DNA of 64,000 nucleotides from Blastocladiella emersonii ATCC 22665 (GCA_025594325.1 JANHCV010000001.1:3038001-3102000), one strand, 5' to 3'; numbered from the stretch's first letter, positions 46,070-59,038 are shown. The notes: generated by a model from the sequence alone, not told the origin. Translations and numbers: made by a program.

Positions 46070-46580
46070 TTACAGGTCGGGCTCGGCGACAAACTCGTAC
46101 TTGCCGTCCTTGATGGCCTGCTCGAAGGTGGCCATCATGTGGTCGGACATGTTGACGATGGTGTCGAGGGCCTTGCGCAGCACCTCGGCCGGCGTCGTGC
46201 CCTCGACCGTCTCGATGCGGAAGTGGATCTCGTCCTCTGCTGGGTGCGGCACCGAGTAGCCGCAGAAGGTCACCTCGGGGCTACAGACGCTGATGTTAGT
46301 TTTCAGGGTATGGAGGGCGAAGCGGGGTGCGAGCCGTACAAGCGCGACATGATGTAGCGGAGAATGCCGCCCATGGTGTGGTCCTCCTCCTTGATGGCAA
46401 ACGTGCAGCACGTGTCGCTGCTGGCCTCGTCGCCCTCAATCGGGATCTAGAGCCGGCGACCATGTCGCGTCAGTCGTCGGCCGTGGGTCGCGGTGTGTCA
46501 TGGGGCTTCGGAGTACTCACAATCGACATGCGCTGCACAAAGTCGGTCTGCGCGACCTCGACGTCCATGTTGTCGGCCAT
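46070..46580 (-). CDS. RPC19: RNA polymerase I/III shared subunit AC19 (POLR1D)
   Basis: Spliced; FAIKEEDHTMGGILRYIMS...PEVTFCGYSVPHPAEDEIHFRIET...LRKALDTI. Confidence 0.9.
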
Positions 46581-46852
46581 GATGCTCTTTGGTTCGATGC
46601 GTCAAGTTACGTGGCAAACCGAGTCAACGGCGTCGGGGTACGGTGCTCACAGAGGGGTGAAACGACGCTCGGAATCGACGAGCAGCGCGGGGAGAGCGAA
46701 AATGCGTCGTCAGCCACGGTCAGGTGATGAGTTGCCGAGCGCGACGCGACGCGCGAACGGGGACCGCGGCGGCGCTGTGCCACCCCCCTTGCCCTTTTGC
46801 CCAGCTCGCTCTCTCCCGACCCGATCCGCATCCCTCTTGCGTAACCGTTAAC

Positions 46853-47631
46853 ATGGAGCAGTTCAACCAGGTCAAGGGTATGCCGCGGCGGCGAGCTCGC
46901 GCAGGCAACCGCTGACCCCCGCGCGTGCGCGTCCCGCCGTGTAGCCACCCTCGATCGCGAGCTGTCGCGGTTCCCCGTCGCCGTCGAGCTCGAGAAGCGC
47001 TCGGGCGTGCCCAAGGCGTACATGGCCGCGGGCGGCGCCGGCGTCCTCACGCTCATGATTTTCTTCAACATCGCGGGCCAGCTGCTCACGAACATGGTCG
47101 GATTCCTCTACCCCGCCTACGCGTCGTTCCGGAGCATCGAGAGCCCGGGCAAGACCGACGACACCCAGTGGCTCACGTACTGGGTCGTCTATGCCTTCTT
47201 CTCCATCATGTGCGTGTTCCGGCGTGAGTGCGATGATCCGTGGCGGAGGCTGACCTTTGAGCGCGTCGTGTCTAGCGAGTACTTTGCCGACATCCTCATC
47301 TACTGGCTGCCCATGTACTACACGATCAAGGCCGCCTTCCTGCTCTGGCTGTACCTCCCCTACTTCCGCGTACGTTCCTCGGCCACCGAGTGCGCGACGG
47401 AGCGCTCGCTGACGCGCGTGGCGAACGTGTAGGGCGCCGACCGTGTCTACTCTGGCACCATCCGGCCGTTCCTCCTCGGTATGCACTCATGAGACGCACC
47501 ATGCCGCGCTGGACTCAATCTAACCGCACCATCGCACCCGTGTAGCCAACGAGAGCAAGATCGACGCGGGCATCGCGGCCGCCAAGAAGGCTGCGGCCAC
47601 GGTCGCAGGTGACGCGCTCAAGAAGGACTAA
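46853..47631 (+). CDS. YOP1: ER-shaping protein Yop1/REEP5 (TB2/DP1/HVA22 family)
   Basis: Multi-exon; LEKRSGVPKAY, GQLLTNMVGFLYPAYASFRSIESPGKTDDTQWLTYWVVYAFFSI, WLPMYYTIKAAFLLWLYLP. Confidence 0.93.
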
Positions 47632-47892
47632 ACTCCCTGCCCTCACCCTGCTGTCGTTCCTGGCTAAACATATTTTTTCTACTGCCACGTTTTCGCTCTC
47701 TCTTTCTGTGCCCGCCAGGCCCAGCTTGTTGAGCCGTGGGAATCGAAGGTTGCGTTCGGCGGCACGATGCACTCGCTGTCTCGCTCGCCGCTCGCTCCCT
47801 AGCCGCGGCTGCCCTTTCGACGGCTCTCGCTCCCCGTTCCCTAGGCGCCACTTTACCGTCCACACACCCCACACTCTAAGCAACGGATTCAC

Positions 47893-48823
47893 ATGAACAA
47901 CATGAACGGTGTGCCGCAGCTGAATCAGCAGTATGAGATGACGGCGTACCTTCGGTACGGGCCCATCGCTCTCGCTCCGCATCCAAGTTTGGACGAGTTC
48001 GCCCCACGTCCGAGCTTGGGCGAGTTCGCTCCCGCAGCTGCAATGGACGGGCGAGGACGCTCACGCTGTCGATCCACCCGACTGCCCGTAGCGACCGGTT
48101 CAACGCCGTCGACGTGAACCGCGACGGCAAGATCTCGGCTGACGAGCTTCAACAGGCACTCGCCCTGCTCGGCTACACCACCTTCAACCCCGAGTGTGTC
48201 CGTCTAATGGTGCGTGGCTCGTCAGCGCGCGTTGGTGTGGCGCCGACACTGGTCCTGTCGGTCCTGTCGCTCATCCTGACACTGACCTGGTCTCTTCCCG
48301 CATTCTAGATCAGTCTCCACGACTTTGACCAGTCTGGTACCATCGACCTCAACGAGTTCCTATCGTTGTGGCGGTATGTGACGGACTGGCACCGCCTGTT
48401 CGCGGGTTTCGACCAGGATGGGAGCGGCACCATCGACTGCTCTGAGCTCCACCAGGCGCTGATCCGCTTCGGGTACGGTCATCGTGGGACCCGTTTCATC
48501 GCCTCCGGCTTCGACCCTAACCATCGTCGCACGCCGGTCTAGCTTCAACCTCACACCCGAGCTCATCCAGCTCCTCGTGCGCAAGTACGACCGCTACGGG
48601 ACCAACACCATGACTTTTGACTCCTTCATCCAGTGCTGCGTCACGCTGCAGGGCCTCACGCGCTCGTTTCGCCAGTTCGACACGACCGGGGTACGCGCAC
48701 GCCTCTCTATATGAGTGTGTCGACCCGCCGCTGACTGACACTCGCTCTCCACGCTCGTAGACGGGCGTGATTCAGATCTCGTACCACGACTTCCTCAAAC
48801 TTGTCATGACGCAGAACCTGTGA
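47893..48823 (+). CDS. PEF1: Penta-EF-hand calcium-binding protein (Pef1/peflin/ALG-2 family)
   Basis: Five exons; EF loops DVNRDGKISADE, DFDQSGTIDLNE, DQDGSGTIDCSE, followed by FDSFIQCCVTLQGLTRSFRQFDT. Confidence 0.85.
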
Positions 48824-49206
48824 CGAAGAACGGCGCCCTGATTTGTCCTCTGTATATCCTCCCCGCCCGCGCAGCGCCGCGCGCACGTGCTCCTCCCTGC
48901 CTGTCCGCGTCATTCATTCAGTGTTTTGCCTCGTCCCTTGTGCGTCATAAGCCCACAGAGCCCTCGTTTGGAACGGGCACGCGAACCGTGCGCCACCCGA
49001 TGCCCATAACTGAGACCGCTCCCTCGTGAACACGAGCGGGTGGCCGCGGCACACCCGGGGGCGGTCGCAGATCCCTGATGCCAAGCGCCCAACTAACCCT
49101 CGTGTCGTGCGAGGGTATAAAGCGTTGCGGCGCCGTCTTTTCTCTCGCGTGAGCCGCTGAAAGACCATCTCAGCAGCTGGAAGTCACCATCATCATCACC
49201 ACCATC

Positions 49207-51324
49207 ATGCCGCCGCAGCACGACACGTCCTCGCTCGCGCTCGACCTGACCGCGGATCCCGTGCAGATCGAGGACTGCGACGGCGCTACCGGCCTCGGCA
49301 CCGATCCTGCTGCGGCGACCGCATGGCTCGACGACATGTGCTGCAACGACCTCGAGTGCCTGATCCACGACCACGTCCGCCGTCTCGAGACAATCCTGGA
49401 AGAAGGCGACGACGACGGCGCCGCGCAGTCGCCGCTGCCGACGGCGGGCGCCAACGAACCCATGGCCGGCGCCTGGGTCTCGTTCCCCGACGACGCCGAC
49501 CCGCTCGCCATCGAAGACGAGACCACGGACCGGTCGGCGGCCACGGCCACCGAGACGGAGTCGGAACTTCTCCGCATCCTGCGCCTCAACAAGGAGCACA
49601 AGGCGCCGATGTCGACCGTCCAGGCCCTCGTCTTCCTCGCGTTCCAGGGCCTGCTCAAGCTCCCGACCATCACGCGCGCGCTGCTGACCGGCCGCGAGCG
49701 CGCGAACCGCAACCTCATCACAGACCTCGCAATCCGCGCCGTGCGCCACTCGATCTGGACCATGCACATCCGGCACACGCGCCGCGCCATGGACGCGTTC
49801 GCCACGTTCGGGAGTGGTCCCATCACGCGCCTGCTGATGTGCGGCACCGAGGTGAGCGAGGTCCAGTGGTCGACGCGGCTGCGCGTGCCAACGGAGGCGC
49901 CCATCGAGTCCGCCGTGTCGTTTGGCAGTGACAGCGCCCCGCACCTCACGCTCACGACGACGTTGCTCGACCAGTTCCCGCGCACCGAGGCCGAGCGCGA
50001 ATTCCGCGGCCGCGCCGACTGGGTCGTCCCGCCCACCATCGACAGCGACCGCGTCGTCATGTTCGTGCATGGCGGCGCGTATCTTTTCGGCAGCAAGGAG
50101 GCCTACACGCCGATTGTCGCGCAGCTCGCCCAGCTTCTCAAGCGTCGGTTCTTCAACGTGTACGTCGTCGCCGTCACCCGTCCGATCAAATCTGCGTGCT
50201 GACCACGCCTTCCATCACGCCCTCCATCAGTGAATACCGCCTGTCGCCCGAGGCTGTGTTTCCAGACGCTCTCCACGACGCTGCGTCAGCCTACCTCTAC
50301 CTCACCCAGGTCGAGGGGATCCCCGCTTCCCGAATAATCCTCATGGGCGACTCGGCCGGCGGCAATTTGATCATGTCCCTCGTCGTCTTCCTTCGCATCC
50401 ACGGATTCCCGACGCCCGCAGCTGCTGTCGGCCCTCTCGCCGTGGACCGACATGGTCATGGACTTTCCGAGCATGCGCGAGGAAATCCCCGACGTGCTCA
50501 TATACCCGCCCGAGTCGCAACTCGGCAGCGATACCCCGCACCCCTGTCACTGCTACGTCGGCCGCGAGGTCCATGGCGCTGACGAAGCGATGCGCCTGTC
50601 GGCGACACACCCCATGATCTCGCCCAACAAGGACATGGGCGACCCCAGCTCGCCGTGGCCGCCCGTGTACATGACGACGGGCACCGACGAGAAGCTGCTC
50701 GACGAGAACGTGCTGTTTGCGTCGCACATGGCGCGCCTCGTCGACCGCAGCCGCGCGACGGTCCTCGTTCACGACGTCTTCACCGAGCAGCCGCACGTCT
50801 TCCCCATCGTCGCGATCGGCCACCCGGACACGCAGCGCGTGCACCAGCGGCTCGCGTCGTTTGTGCGCGAGATCGCCGACGTGCAGTCCTCGCGGCCGCC
50901 GTATCGCGTCGAGGTGTCGCTGTACTCGAACGGCAAGCTCGTCTCGCGCGACGCCGCCAAGATCTGGGGCCCGCGGTGGGCGGGCATCGCGTCGACCCAC
51001 AACCTAGTGTGCACGCCCAACTACGTGCGCGCGTCCGCTGGACTCGTCCTGTCCGAACCACCAAGCCTCGATGCGTCGTCCGTGGCCATGGCCGCGGCCG
51101 CCGCGGTCACGACAACCAAGTCCCCGCCAGCGATGGCCGAGGCCGATCCGTCGGCCACCGACGCGGTTCCCGTCGCCATGGACGACATGCAGCGCATGAC
51201 GCGGCTCCAGCGTCGCTCGGTCGCGGATATCAAGAAGGCCGTTGCGTCTGTCCAGCGTACCTCGTCTTTTTTGGTCGCGCAGCGCCGCGCTTCTCAGTCG
51301 GAGACGGCGGCCACCATGGCGTAG
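49207..51324 (+). CDS. Hormone-sensitive-lipase-family alpha/beta hydrolase with an apparent +1 frameshift at about 50433
   Basis: HGGAY oxyanion motif, intron 50160-50230 giving NVEYRLSPE, nucleophile GDSAGGNL, then LSPWTDM in the +1 frame, DEKLLDE and His motif QPHVF. Confidence 0.8.
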
Positions 51325-52140
51325 AGCTAGGACTAGAAAAATGGGAGCAATATAGAGCTATGTTGTAATAGAGAATCCTCATGGTGTCCATCGAGTTCGG
51401 AAGCTGCTGACCTCGCTGGCCAGCGACTGCAACGCGAGGATTGGAGTCGTTTGTAAAGAAAACCAGCTGGACCTACTGACCCCTCAATGTTCATGCAATA
51501 AGCCCCCAAATTCATGGGATTATGTCGAGTAACACGCGGAGCTGCGGAGGCTCGTCGGCGATGGTCGCGAGCACGCGTCGATGGCTGCCGGGCCGCCGAA
51601 ATACAGAAGCTAACTCACCCATCGCTGTAGCGCCCGTAAATAAGCCTATAAAATTATTTCTCTGCTCTAAAATAGCTCATTATGTATATCAAGTACATTT
51701 GCGCAAAATGAGCACGGTCAGCAATAGTCGTCAATTCAAGAAGCTAAGTCTTAAGTGCGTTTTTCGTCCGAGCGACCAAACCGAAAGTTTTTTTCATCTT
51801 TGCACGGTCGGACAACTTCTCGACGCCCCGACACTTCGACTCCAAGATTTTTGCAGTTCTGGGGTCCCTGATGGTCCCTGATCATGATCCCATGCTCAGA
51901 AAAAATATTTTAGTGCATGTTGAATTTACACGTCTAAGGCTCGTCACGTGATATGAACTTCGAGGCGAGCGAGCGAGCAGGGTGGCGAAGCAGGTGGCGA
52001 AGCGCGACGCGTCGCTTGTCCTACGCTCACCCATGCTCGCCTTGAACGCCTCGGGAGCCGGTTGCACCAGGTCAAGCGGGTCAAGCAGGGTACGATTTCA
52101 CAAAGTCTATTGGCGACGAATCAAGGCGAGAAACGAGCGA

Positions 52141-53357
52141 TTAGAAGTCGATATCGTCGTTCATCATGTTGCCGGCGAGGACCACCTGCTCTCCCGGCTT
52201 GAAGGCGGGCATGCCGAGGTACGGGCAGCTCGCGCAACGGAACGCATCGCCGAGGTAGCACTACAGGGTCGGGCACAGATAGTCAGCACGGGCACGGCGG
52301 TATGATGCAGCGCAACGATGCCGTACGTTGCCACAAGACGACTTGACCGTGGGCGGGACGACGTTGGTGATGGGGTGCTCGTTAATGTCGTCGATGAGGA
52401 CGGGCTTTGACGCGGCCTCGGCCGCCTCGGCCGCCTCCATCTCGGCGCGGCCACAGGAGCAGTTCTTGCACGCCTTGCGCTTGGTCTCACAGTTGCTCGG
52501 ACCTAGAGGAAACGCAATTCGGGTCAGCCGTCAATCAAGAGTTTCAGGCGGCGAGACTCTTCACGCACGCGACAGGAGCTCGGGCGCCGGCTTGGCGAGG
52601 TCGTCCTCGTCCAGCAGGTCGTCCTCGTTGATCACGTCAGCGTCGTCCTGGGCAGTAGTCCACAGTGCGACCTTGTCGACGACGGGTGCTGCGGGCGCGG
52701 CGGCCGGCTTGCGCTTGCGGAAAGACAGCGGCAGGGCGGCCATGGCGCCGACCTCGTACGACGGCTTCTCGGCCGTGGCCTCGAGGAGCACGAGCTGCTT
52801 GGCGAGGGACGTCGTCTGCGCGGCCGGGACACCCCACTGGGCGAGGACACGCTCGGCCTCCTCGGTCGAGAGCGGCGTGGGCGTGGACGAGGCGTTGACG
52901 AAACCGCTCAGCTTGAGGTGCGACACCAGCTGCGAGACGGAGCGGACACCCTCGATGGGGAACGCACCCTCGCCCGCAAAGGCAATCTCACGCACGTGGA
53001 GGCGGCCGCCGGGCTTGAGCGCCTGCAGCAGCTTGCCGAGCGTCGCCGTCGGGTGCGGCACGACGCTGCTCGCGTAGCCCGTCACCACGTCCGTGTAGGT
53101 CGCCGCCTTGAGGGTGACTAGAGCGGCGCGCGGGCGCGCGGGCGGTCAGCGAGGCTCTGAGCACACGTGCGAGGTGTATCGGAGAGCATACTGGTCGGGA
53201 TGCGGTCAAGCTGCTCAAAGGCAACGGAGCCGGCGCTCACGGCGGCCTTGAGGTCCTGGGCGAGGGCCTCAATGGCGCGCGGCTCGGCGAAGGCGTTGCC
53301 CACGAGGAGGACCGAGGCGTCGGCCCTGAGACCCAGCGTGCTGATTGCAGAGACCAT
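52141..53357 (-). CDS. DRE2: Cytosolic Fe-S assembly protein Dre2/anamorsin
   Basis: Multi-exon; methyltransferase-like N-terminus, [14 protein letters not shown] and [27 protein letters not shown] motifs. Confidence 0.93.
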
Positions 53358-53635
53358 GGCAAGTTGATTCGTGTGCTTCGTGGTGAACTCGTCGTTGTGG
53401 GAGAGCGGGGAGGATTCGTGGCCGGTGCCGTGAAAAATTTCGATCGGCTGAGTCAGCGAGCCTCACGTGAGCGCCATTTCGGGCGCGGTCACATCAGGGG
53501 GACTGGTCACATGCCGCGGCGCGACGCGTTTCTTCCGCCAGTCGCTCGGACCTCGTCGACCTTGGCCGCTCTCCTCCCGCTAGCTACGCTCTATACCCCG
53601 ACGCACACATTGCAACTTCGCACACGTAGCACACC

Positions 53636-56600
53636 ATGGCGGGAGGCGACACCAAGTCGCACCGCGACCTCGGCCACCTGAGGGAACGGCTGCAGTACTA
53701 CAACGAGCAGGTCCAGGAGATCATCCTCGCCCGCCAGCATCCCGTCACGGGCCTCATCCCGGCTTCAACGGCCATCACCTCGCACGGCAACTACCTCGAC
53801 GCCGTACGTGTGTCGCGCGCACGGAGCCGACCCGTGTGAGGCCACCTTAAGCTGACCGACCCCCGCGACCGCGTAGTGGACTCGCGACAATGTCTATTCG
53901 GTGCTCGCCGTCTGGGGTCTCGCGCTCGCGTACCGCCGCATCGACGACGAGACGGGCCGCGCCTGTACGTCTACGCTCGTCCCACATAATCATGGACTAT
54001 TGGCGGGTGTAACTCACCGAGTTCTGGACGCGCGTGTAGACGAGCTCGAGCACTCGGTCGTCAAGTGCATGCGCGGGCTCCTCTTCGCCATGATGCGCCA
54101 GGCCCACAAGGTCGAGCGCTTCAAGAACACGCAGCACCCGCTCGACTCGCTGCACGCCAAGTACGACACGGCGACGGGCTCGACCGTGGTGGCCGACGAC
54201 GGCTGGGGCCACCTGCAGATCGACGCGACCAGCATCTTCCTCCTGTCGCTCGCGCAGATGACCACGTCGGGCCTGCGCATCATCTACACTCAGGACGAGG
54301 TCGACTTCATCCAGAACTTGGTCTTCTACGTGGAACGCGCGTATCGCACCCCCGACTACGGAATCTGGGAGCGCGGCAACAAGATGAACCACGGCCAGCC
54401 CGAGCTCAACTCGAGCTCCATCGGCATGGTCGTCGCCGCCATGCAGGCGATCAAGGGCGTCAACCTGTTCGGCGCGCGCGGCGGTCCCACCACGGTACGC
54501 TCCTGCGCCTGCACCCCGCCCTGTTGCGGGCGTAGCTCACTCCGCCGCCGCATGTAGGCCGTGCACGCACTCCCGGACGAGATCTCGCGCAACGTCACCA
54601 TCCTCAACTCGGCGCTCCCGCGCGAGAGTAACTCCAAGGAGATCGACGCCGCCCTGCTCTCGGTCATCGGCTTCCCGGCCTTTGCCGTCACCGACCCGGC
54701 CCTCGTCGATCGCACGCGCAGCGAGATTGTCGAGAAGCTCGGCGGTCGCTACGGGTGCAAGCGCTTCCTCCGTGACGGGCACCAGGCCGTGGTCGAGGAC
54801 ACGTCGCGCCTGCACTACGAGCCCAACGAGCTCGTCATCTTTGAGCACCTCGAGTGCGAGTGGCCGCTCTTCTTCACCTACCTCATCCTCGACGGCCTGT
54901 TCCTCAACAACCCCGAGCGCACCGCCGAGTACAAGGAGAAGCTTTCAAAGTGCCTCGTCCGCGGCAAGTTCCCCCTCGTCCCCGAGCTGTACTATGTCCC
55001 GCGCGACCGCGTCGATGCCGAGCGCGCCAACCCATCGTCGCAGGACCGCGAGCCCAACGAGAACCTGCCGCTCGTCTGGGCCCAGTCGCTGTTCATCCTC
55101 GGCAACCTGCTCGACGAGAAGCTGCTGTACCCGACCGAGCTCGACCCGCTCGGCCGCCGCCTCGGCACCACCATGCCCGCCCGCGACACGGTCGTGCAGA
55201 TCGTGCTCATCGCCGAGGACGCGAGCCTGCAGAGCCGCCTGCTCCAGTACGGCATCCAGACCCAGACCGCCGACCAGGTCCAGCCCGTCCGCATCACCAA
55301 CCCGTCGGCCCTGCGCGACGCCTACTCGTTCCTCGGGTCCAACGCCAAGCTCGGCATGACGGGCCGCCCGAAGCGCCCCGTCGGCGTCCTCGGCACGTCC
55401 AAGCTGTACCGCATCGGCGGCGACCTTTACGCATTCACGCCCGCCTTCATGACCGACCAGTTCTACCTCTCGTACGACGTCGAGTACCTCATCAACTCGC
55501 TCGAGTCCGAGCTGCTGTTCCTGCACGCCAACTGGAGCGAGCCCGGCCGTCCGACCATGGTCGTGAACATCACGCACTCGATGCTCACCAACGAGCGCGG
55601 GCCCTCGGCGGGGCTCACGGCCATCGCCGCGCGCCGCCGCTCGTCGCTCCCGTCCACGGCGTCGCGCCGCTCCGTACTCAACTTCTTCATGAGCCTCAAG
55701 ACGGGCCGGTTCGGGTCCGTGGCCCTGCGCCTCGGCCGCCTCGGCGACTTTGTCCACACGTCGTGCATCGAGTCGCTCGAGTTCATGGCGTCGCACGGGC
55801 AAGAGTGGGAGTCGATCCTCGGCAACTACTCTTGCGACCCGCTCACCTGCGCCATCGGCAAGCTCAAGCTGTCCGAGCAGAAGATGCGCGAGAAGGAGGC
55901 CCTCAAGCTGATGCAGGCAGGCCTGCCGACGCTCGGCGACCGCGCCACGCTGTCCACGGCCTCGTCGCCGCAGGAGTTCGTCGTCGAGAGCTCGCTGCAG
56001 TCGCCGCTGACGGGCGGGTTCCCCGAGTGGCCTCTCACGGGGCGCAGCGGCAGCAGCCAGGAGTCCAAGGACCTCCCGCTGTCCCCGCTCGGCGCGGGTA
56101 CGCGCCCGAATGGCCAGGCCCCGACCAACGGGCAATCGCCGCCGCTCGCGCCGTCGCCCGGCCCCGGCCCCGGCCCCGTCGAGCGCGCGCCGTCCGTCAG
56201 CAGCGGCACGGAGCTCCCGCCCGGCGGCATCCGCCTCGTTCTCGGTGACGCGGCCCACATTGCCGACGCGGTCCGGCTGCTGCGCCGCTCGAGCGACCTG
56301 TACGAGCAGGTCGACCTGCTCCACTACCTCGCGTCGTGCGCCGGCCTCGACCACCAGACCGACCTGGGCACGGTCCGCGCGCTCCTCGAGGAGGTGTACA
56401 CCAAGGCGCTCGGCCGCAACTGGTCGATTGTGCGCCTGGCCGCCGGCCTGCTGCGCAAGACGGCGAGCTCGCTCACCATCAACATGACCGACCTGCTCGT
56501 GCGCCAGAAGCTCATCACGATCGGGTTCAACTACGTCTGGCACTCGGCCGAGCACCTCGAGACCACCGTGTCGGCGCCCATGAGCCCGTCGGCCATCGCC

Positions 56601-58196
56601 GATCTCGTGTTCGCGCACTGCGCGGATCCGCGCGAGGCGGTCCTCGTCCAGGAGATGATCACGAATCTCGGCGCCATGATCCGCAGCGAGCCCGAGCTGT
56701 TCCAGGGCATGATCCGCGTCCGCGTGCACTACATGCTGCAGGCGATGCGCGACGAGCTGTCGTGGGTGCGCGGGTGCGACGAGCGCGAGGCCATGGAGGC
56801 CCTGTACGTGCTGTCGCCCCACCAGGTCGCCACGCTCATGTACTTTATCCTCGGCGGCGACTCGGGCCGGCTCATCACGCAGTCGGCGCTCGCGTCGCCT
56901 GGCCAGCAGCCGCACCGCAAGCGCGAGCGGACCGACTCGAACGTCCGTGTCGCACACCGCGAGGAGCCCGCGCTGTGCATCCCGAACCCGCCCGGGTCGT
57001 CGTCGTCGTACCGCCGCGGCAGCGAGACGGTCGTGGTGTCAGTGCAGTCGGCCGGCTACAGCGACGGCAATTTCGCCAAGATCCTGCTCGACGGTACGCA
57101 GGTACCCGGGCTCACGGCGACGCGCGGAATCCACATCGCGGTCATCGACCGGTCCACGGGCGTGCTGCTCGAGAGCTGCGTCTTCGACACGCACTACTCG
57201 CGCGACGAGAGCGACGACCTGGCCGATTTCCTGTCGAGCCTCGACGGCGACATGGTGGTTGCCGTGGCGGCGCAGGACGACGTGGTCGAAAACCTGACGC
57301 CGCGCGCCATCGAGCAGCTCGAGGCGTTCGGTAGCACCAAGATCCGCGGCTGCAGGTACCGCGACTCGTTTGCGCTGATCGGGGTGCGCGGCGGCGCGGC
57401 ACACGAGGTGGTCGAGGCGCACGCGGCGTCCATGAGCGGGCCGACCGAGCCCATCACGCGCACGATCGCCGTCGACCAGGGCAACGCCGGACACGGCGAG
57501 TGGCTGCGGCGGCGTAAGAACAACGGCGCGCTCAACCGCGTGCCCAAGCAGTTCTACGTGCGCGTGTGGCACGTCCTCGAGCGGTCGCAGGGGCTCGCCG
57601 TCGACGCGCGCACGCTGCCGCGCGACCCGACGGTCGCCGACAAGACGCCCGGTGAGTTCAACTTTGCCGTCATGGTCGACGGGTTCCTCGACGGGTTCCG
57701 CGACTCGGCCGAGCGCCAGCTCGCCGTCGAGCTCCTGTCGTGGCTGCACAGCGTGCTCGGCCTCAAGAAGCAGCGCGTCCCGGCGGTCATCAACCTCGCG
57801 CAGATCGTGCGCGACGCCATCGCCATCCACTGGAAGAAGCGCAAGACGGGCAGCGGTGTCAACGGCGGCATCGCCGGCAGCGTTTCAGACTTGCTCCCGA
57901 CGCTGCAGTCGTCCGACTCGCTCGCGGCACTCGCAACGGGCGCCGACGAGTCGGCGTCGACCGGGTCGGTCCCGGCGCTGTCGCGCAAGAAGCTGCCGCG
58001 CAAGATCAACCCCGACGCGCTGTTCGGCAAGAACGAGGCGCTCGCGCGCAAGATGTTCTACGACCTCCCGACCACGTCCACGTCGGCAGCCGAGGCGAGC
58101 ACGCTCCAGTTCCTGCAGGAAGCGCTCGCCGCGCACCTCCCGGCCCTCGCGCTCGATGCGGGCGAGATGCAGGCGCTCATGGCCGACTTTAGCTAG
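53636..58196 (+). CDS. Phosphorylase b kinase regulatory subunit alpha/beta homolog (GH15-like) with inserted ILEI/GG domain
   Basis: Multi-exon; [106 protein letters not shown]. Confidence 0.92.
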
Positions 58197-58588
58197 GATA
58201 TGATGGGATTGCACGGGCAACTTGACTATATCTTGCATGCATGGGTTGCGAATTCGGGGAGAAAGAGCTTCCACAGTGGGATGTTGTGGGGCCGAATCTG
58301 AGCTTGCCGCCACGCGAGACACGCACACGTGATATCGCAACGCGTCCAACGACGCGTCCCTCGCACCGACGTAGGAAGGCGCCTACGCACTACCTTGGTT
58401 AAACGAGGCTCCATTCTTTGAACTCCTGTTTCGCCTTGCCACATGACGCGAGTGAGTTCAACCAGTGCGCTGGGCGAGAATCCCGGCTCATGCTGTGAAG
58501 CCTGCAATATCGAGTACGATCATTGATGTATTCGTTACTCAATCATCGGCTAAAGCGATTTCCAAAACTTGATTTGTAGTATCTTTGT

Positions 58589-59038
58589 TCAGCTGCTACT
58601 GCTAGACCCACCCGAGTCGCCGCCGCTGCTGGACCCGCCCGAATCACCGCCGCCGCTTGAGGACGGGGAGGACGAGTCGCCCGAGATCCCGCCGCCCGAG
58701 TCGTTGTTCTGGTTGGTACCATAGTCGCCCATCTCGATGGCGACCGCGCAGTCCGTGGCGCCGCTTGCTCCGACTTCGCTCGAGCCCAGCTCTCGCGACT
58801 GGTATGGCGGTGGCGGGTCGCCAGTCTCGGCCATGGCCGGCGGCTCACTTGGAGAGCCGAAAATCCGCTTCCCGAACACTCCAATCACGACCATCGCGAC
58901 GAGGATCATGCCGAAACCAAGGGCCATGGTGGATAGCCGTAACGAGGCGGGTCCGTTGGTTGAAGACTGCGACGGGAACAGCGAGAGCGTGGCCGCAGGG
59001 GGCACCGCGGCTCGCGTCGCTGGCGGGTTCGTGGTCAT
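58589..59038 (-). CDS. Small single-pass membrane protein with PPPY motif and Gly/Ser-rich tail
   Basis: TM segment ALGFGMILVAMVVIGVFG, then DPPPPYQS and C-terminal SSSGGGDSGGSSSGGDSGGSSSSS. Confidence 0.6.
   Translation of the reverse strand: MTTNPPATRAAVPPAATLSLFPSQSSTNGPASLRLSTMALGFGMILVAMVVIGVFGKRIFGSPSEPPAMAETGDPPPPYQSRELGSSEVGASGATDCAVAIEMGDYGTNQNNDSGGGISGDSSSPSSSGGGDSGGSSSGGDSGGSSSSS

Noticed and set aside
47975-48030. Two roughly 27-bp tandem copies (ccgcatccaagtttggacgagttcgcc / ccacgtccgagcttgggcgagttcgct) in PEF1 intron 1
   Set aside because: Only two diverged copies with no spacer, so not CRISPR-like; most likely an incidental intronic duplication.
51513-51894. 12-bp imperfect inverted repeat (CATGGGATTATG / CATGATCCCATG) around an AT-rich 380-bp segment, possibly a MITE
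   Set aside because: The match is short, does not extend, and has no TSD; it could be chance in a convergent terminator region.
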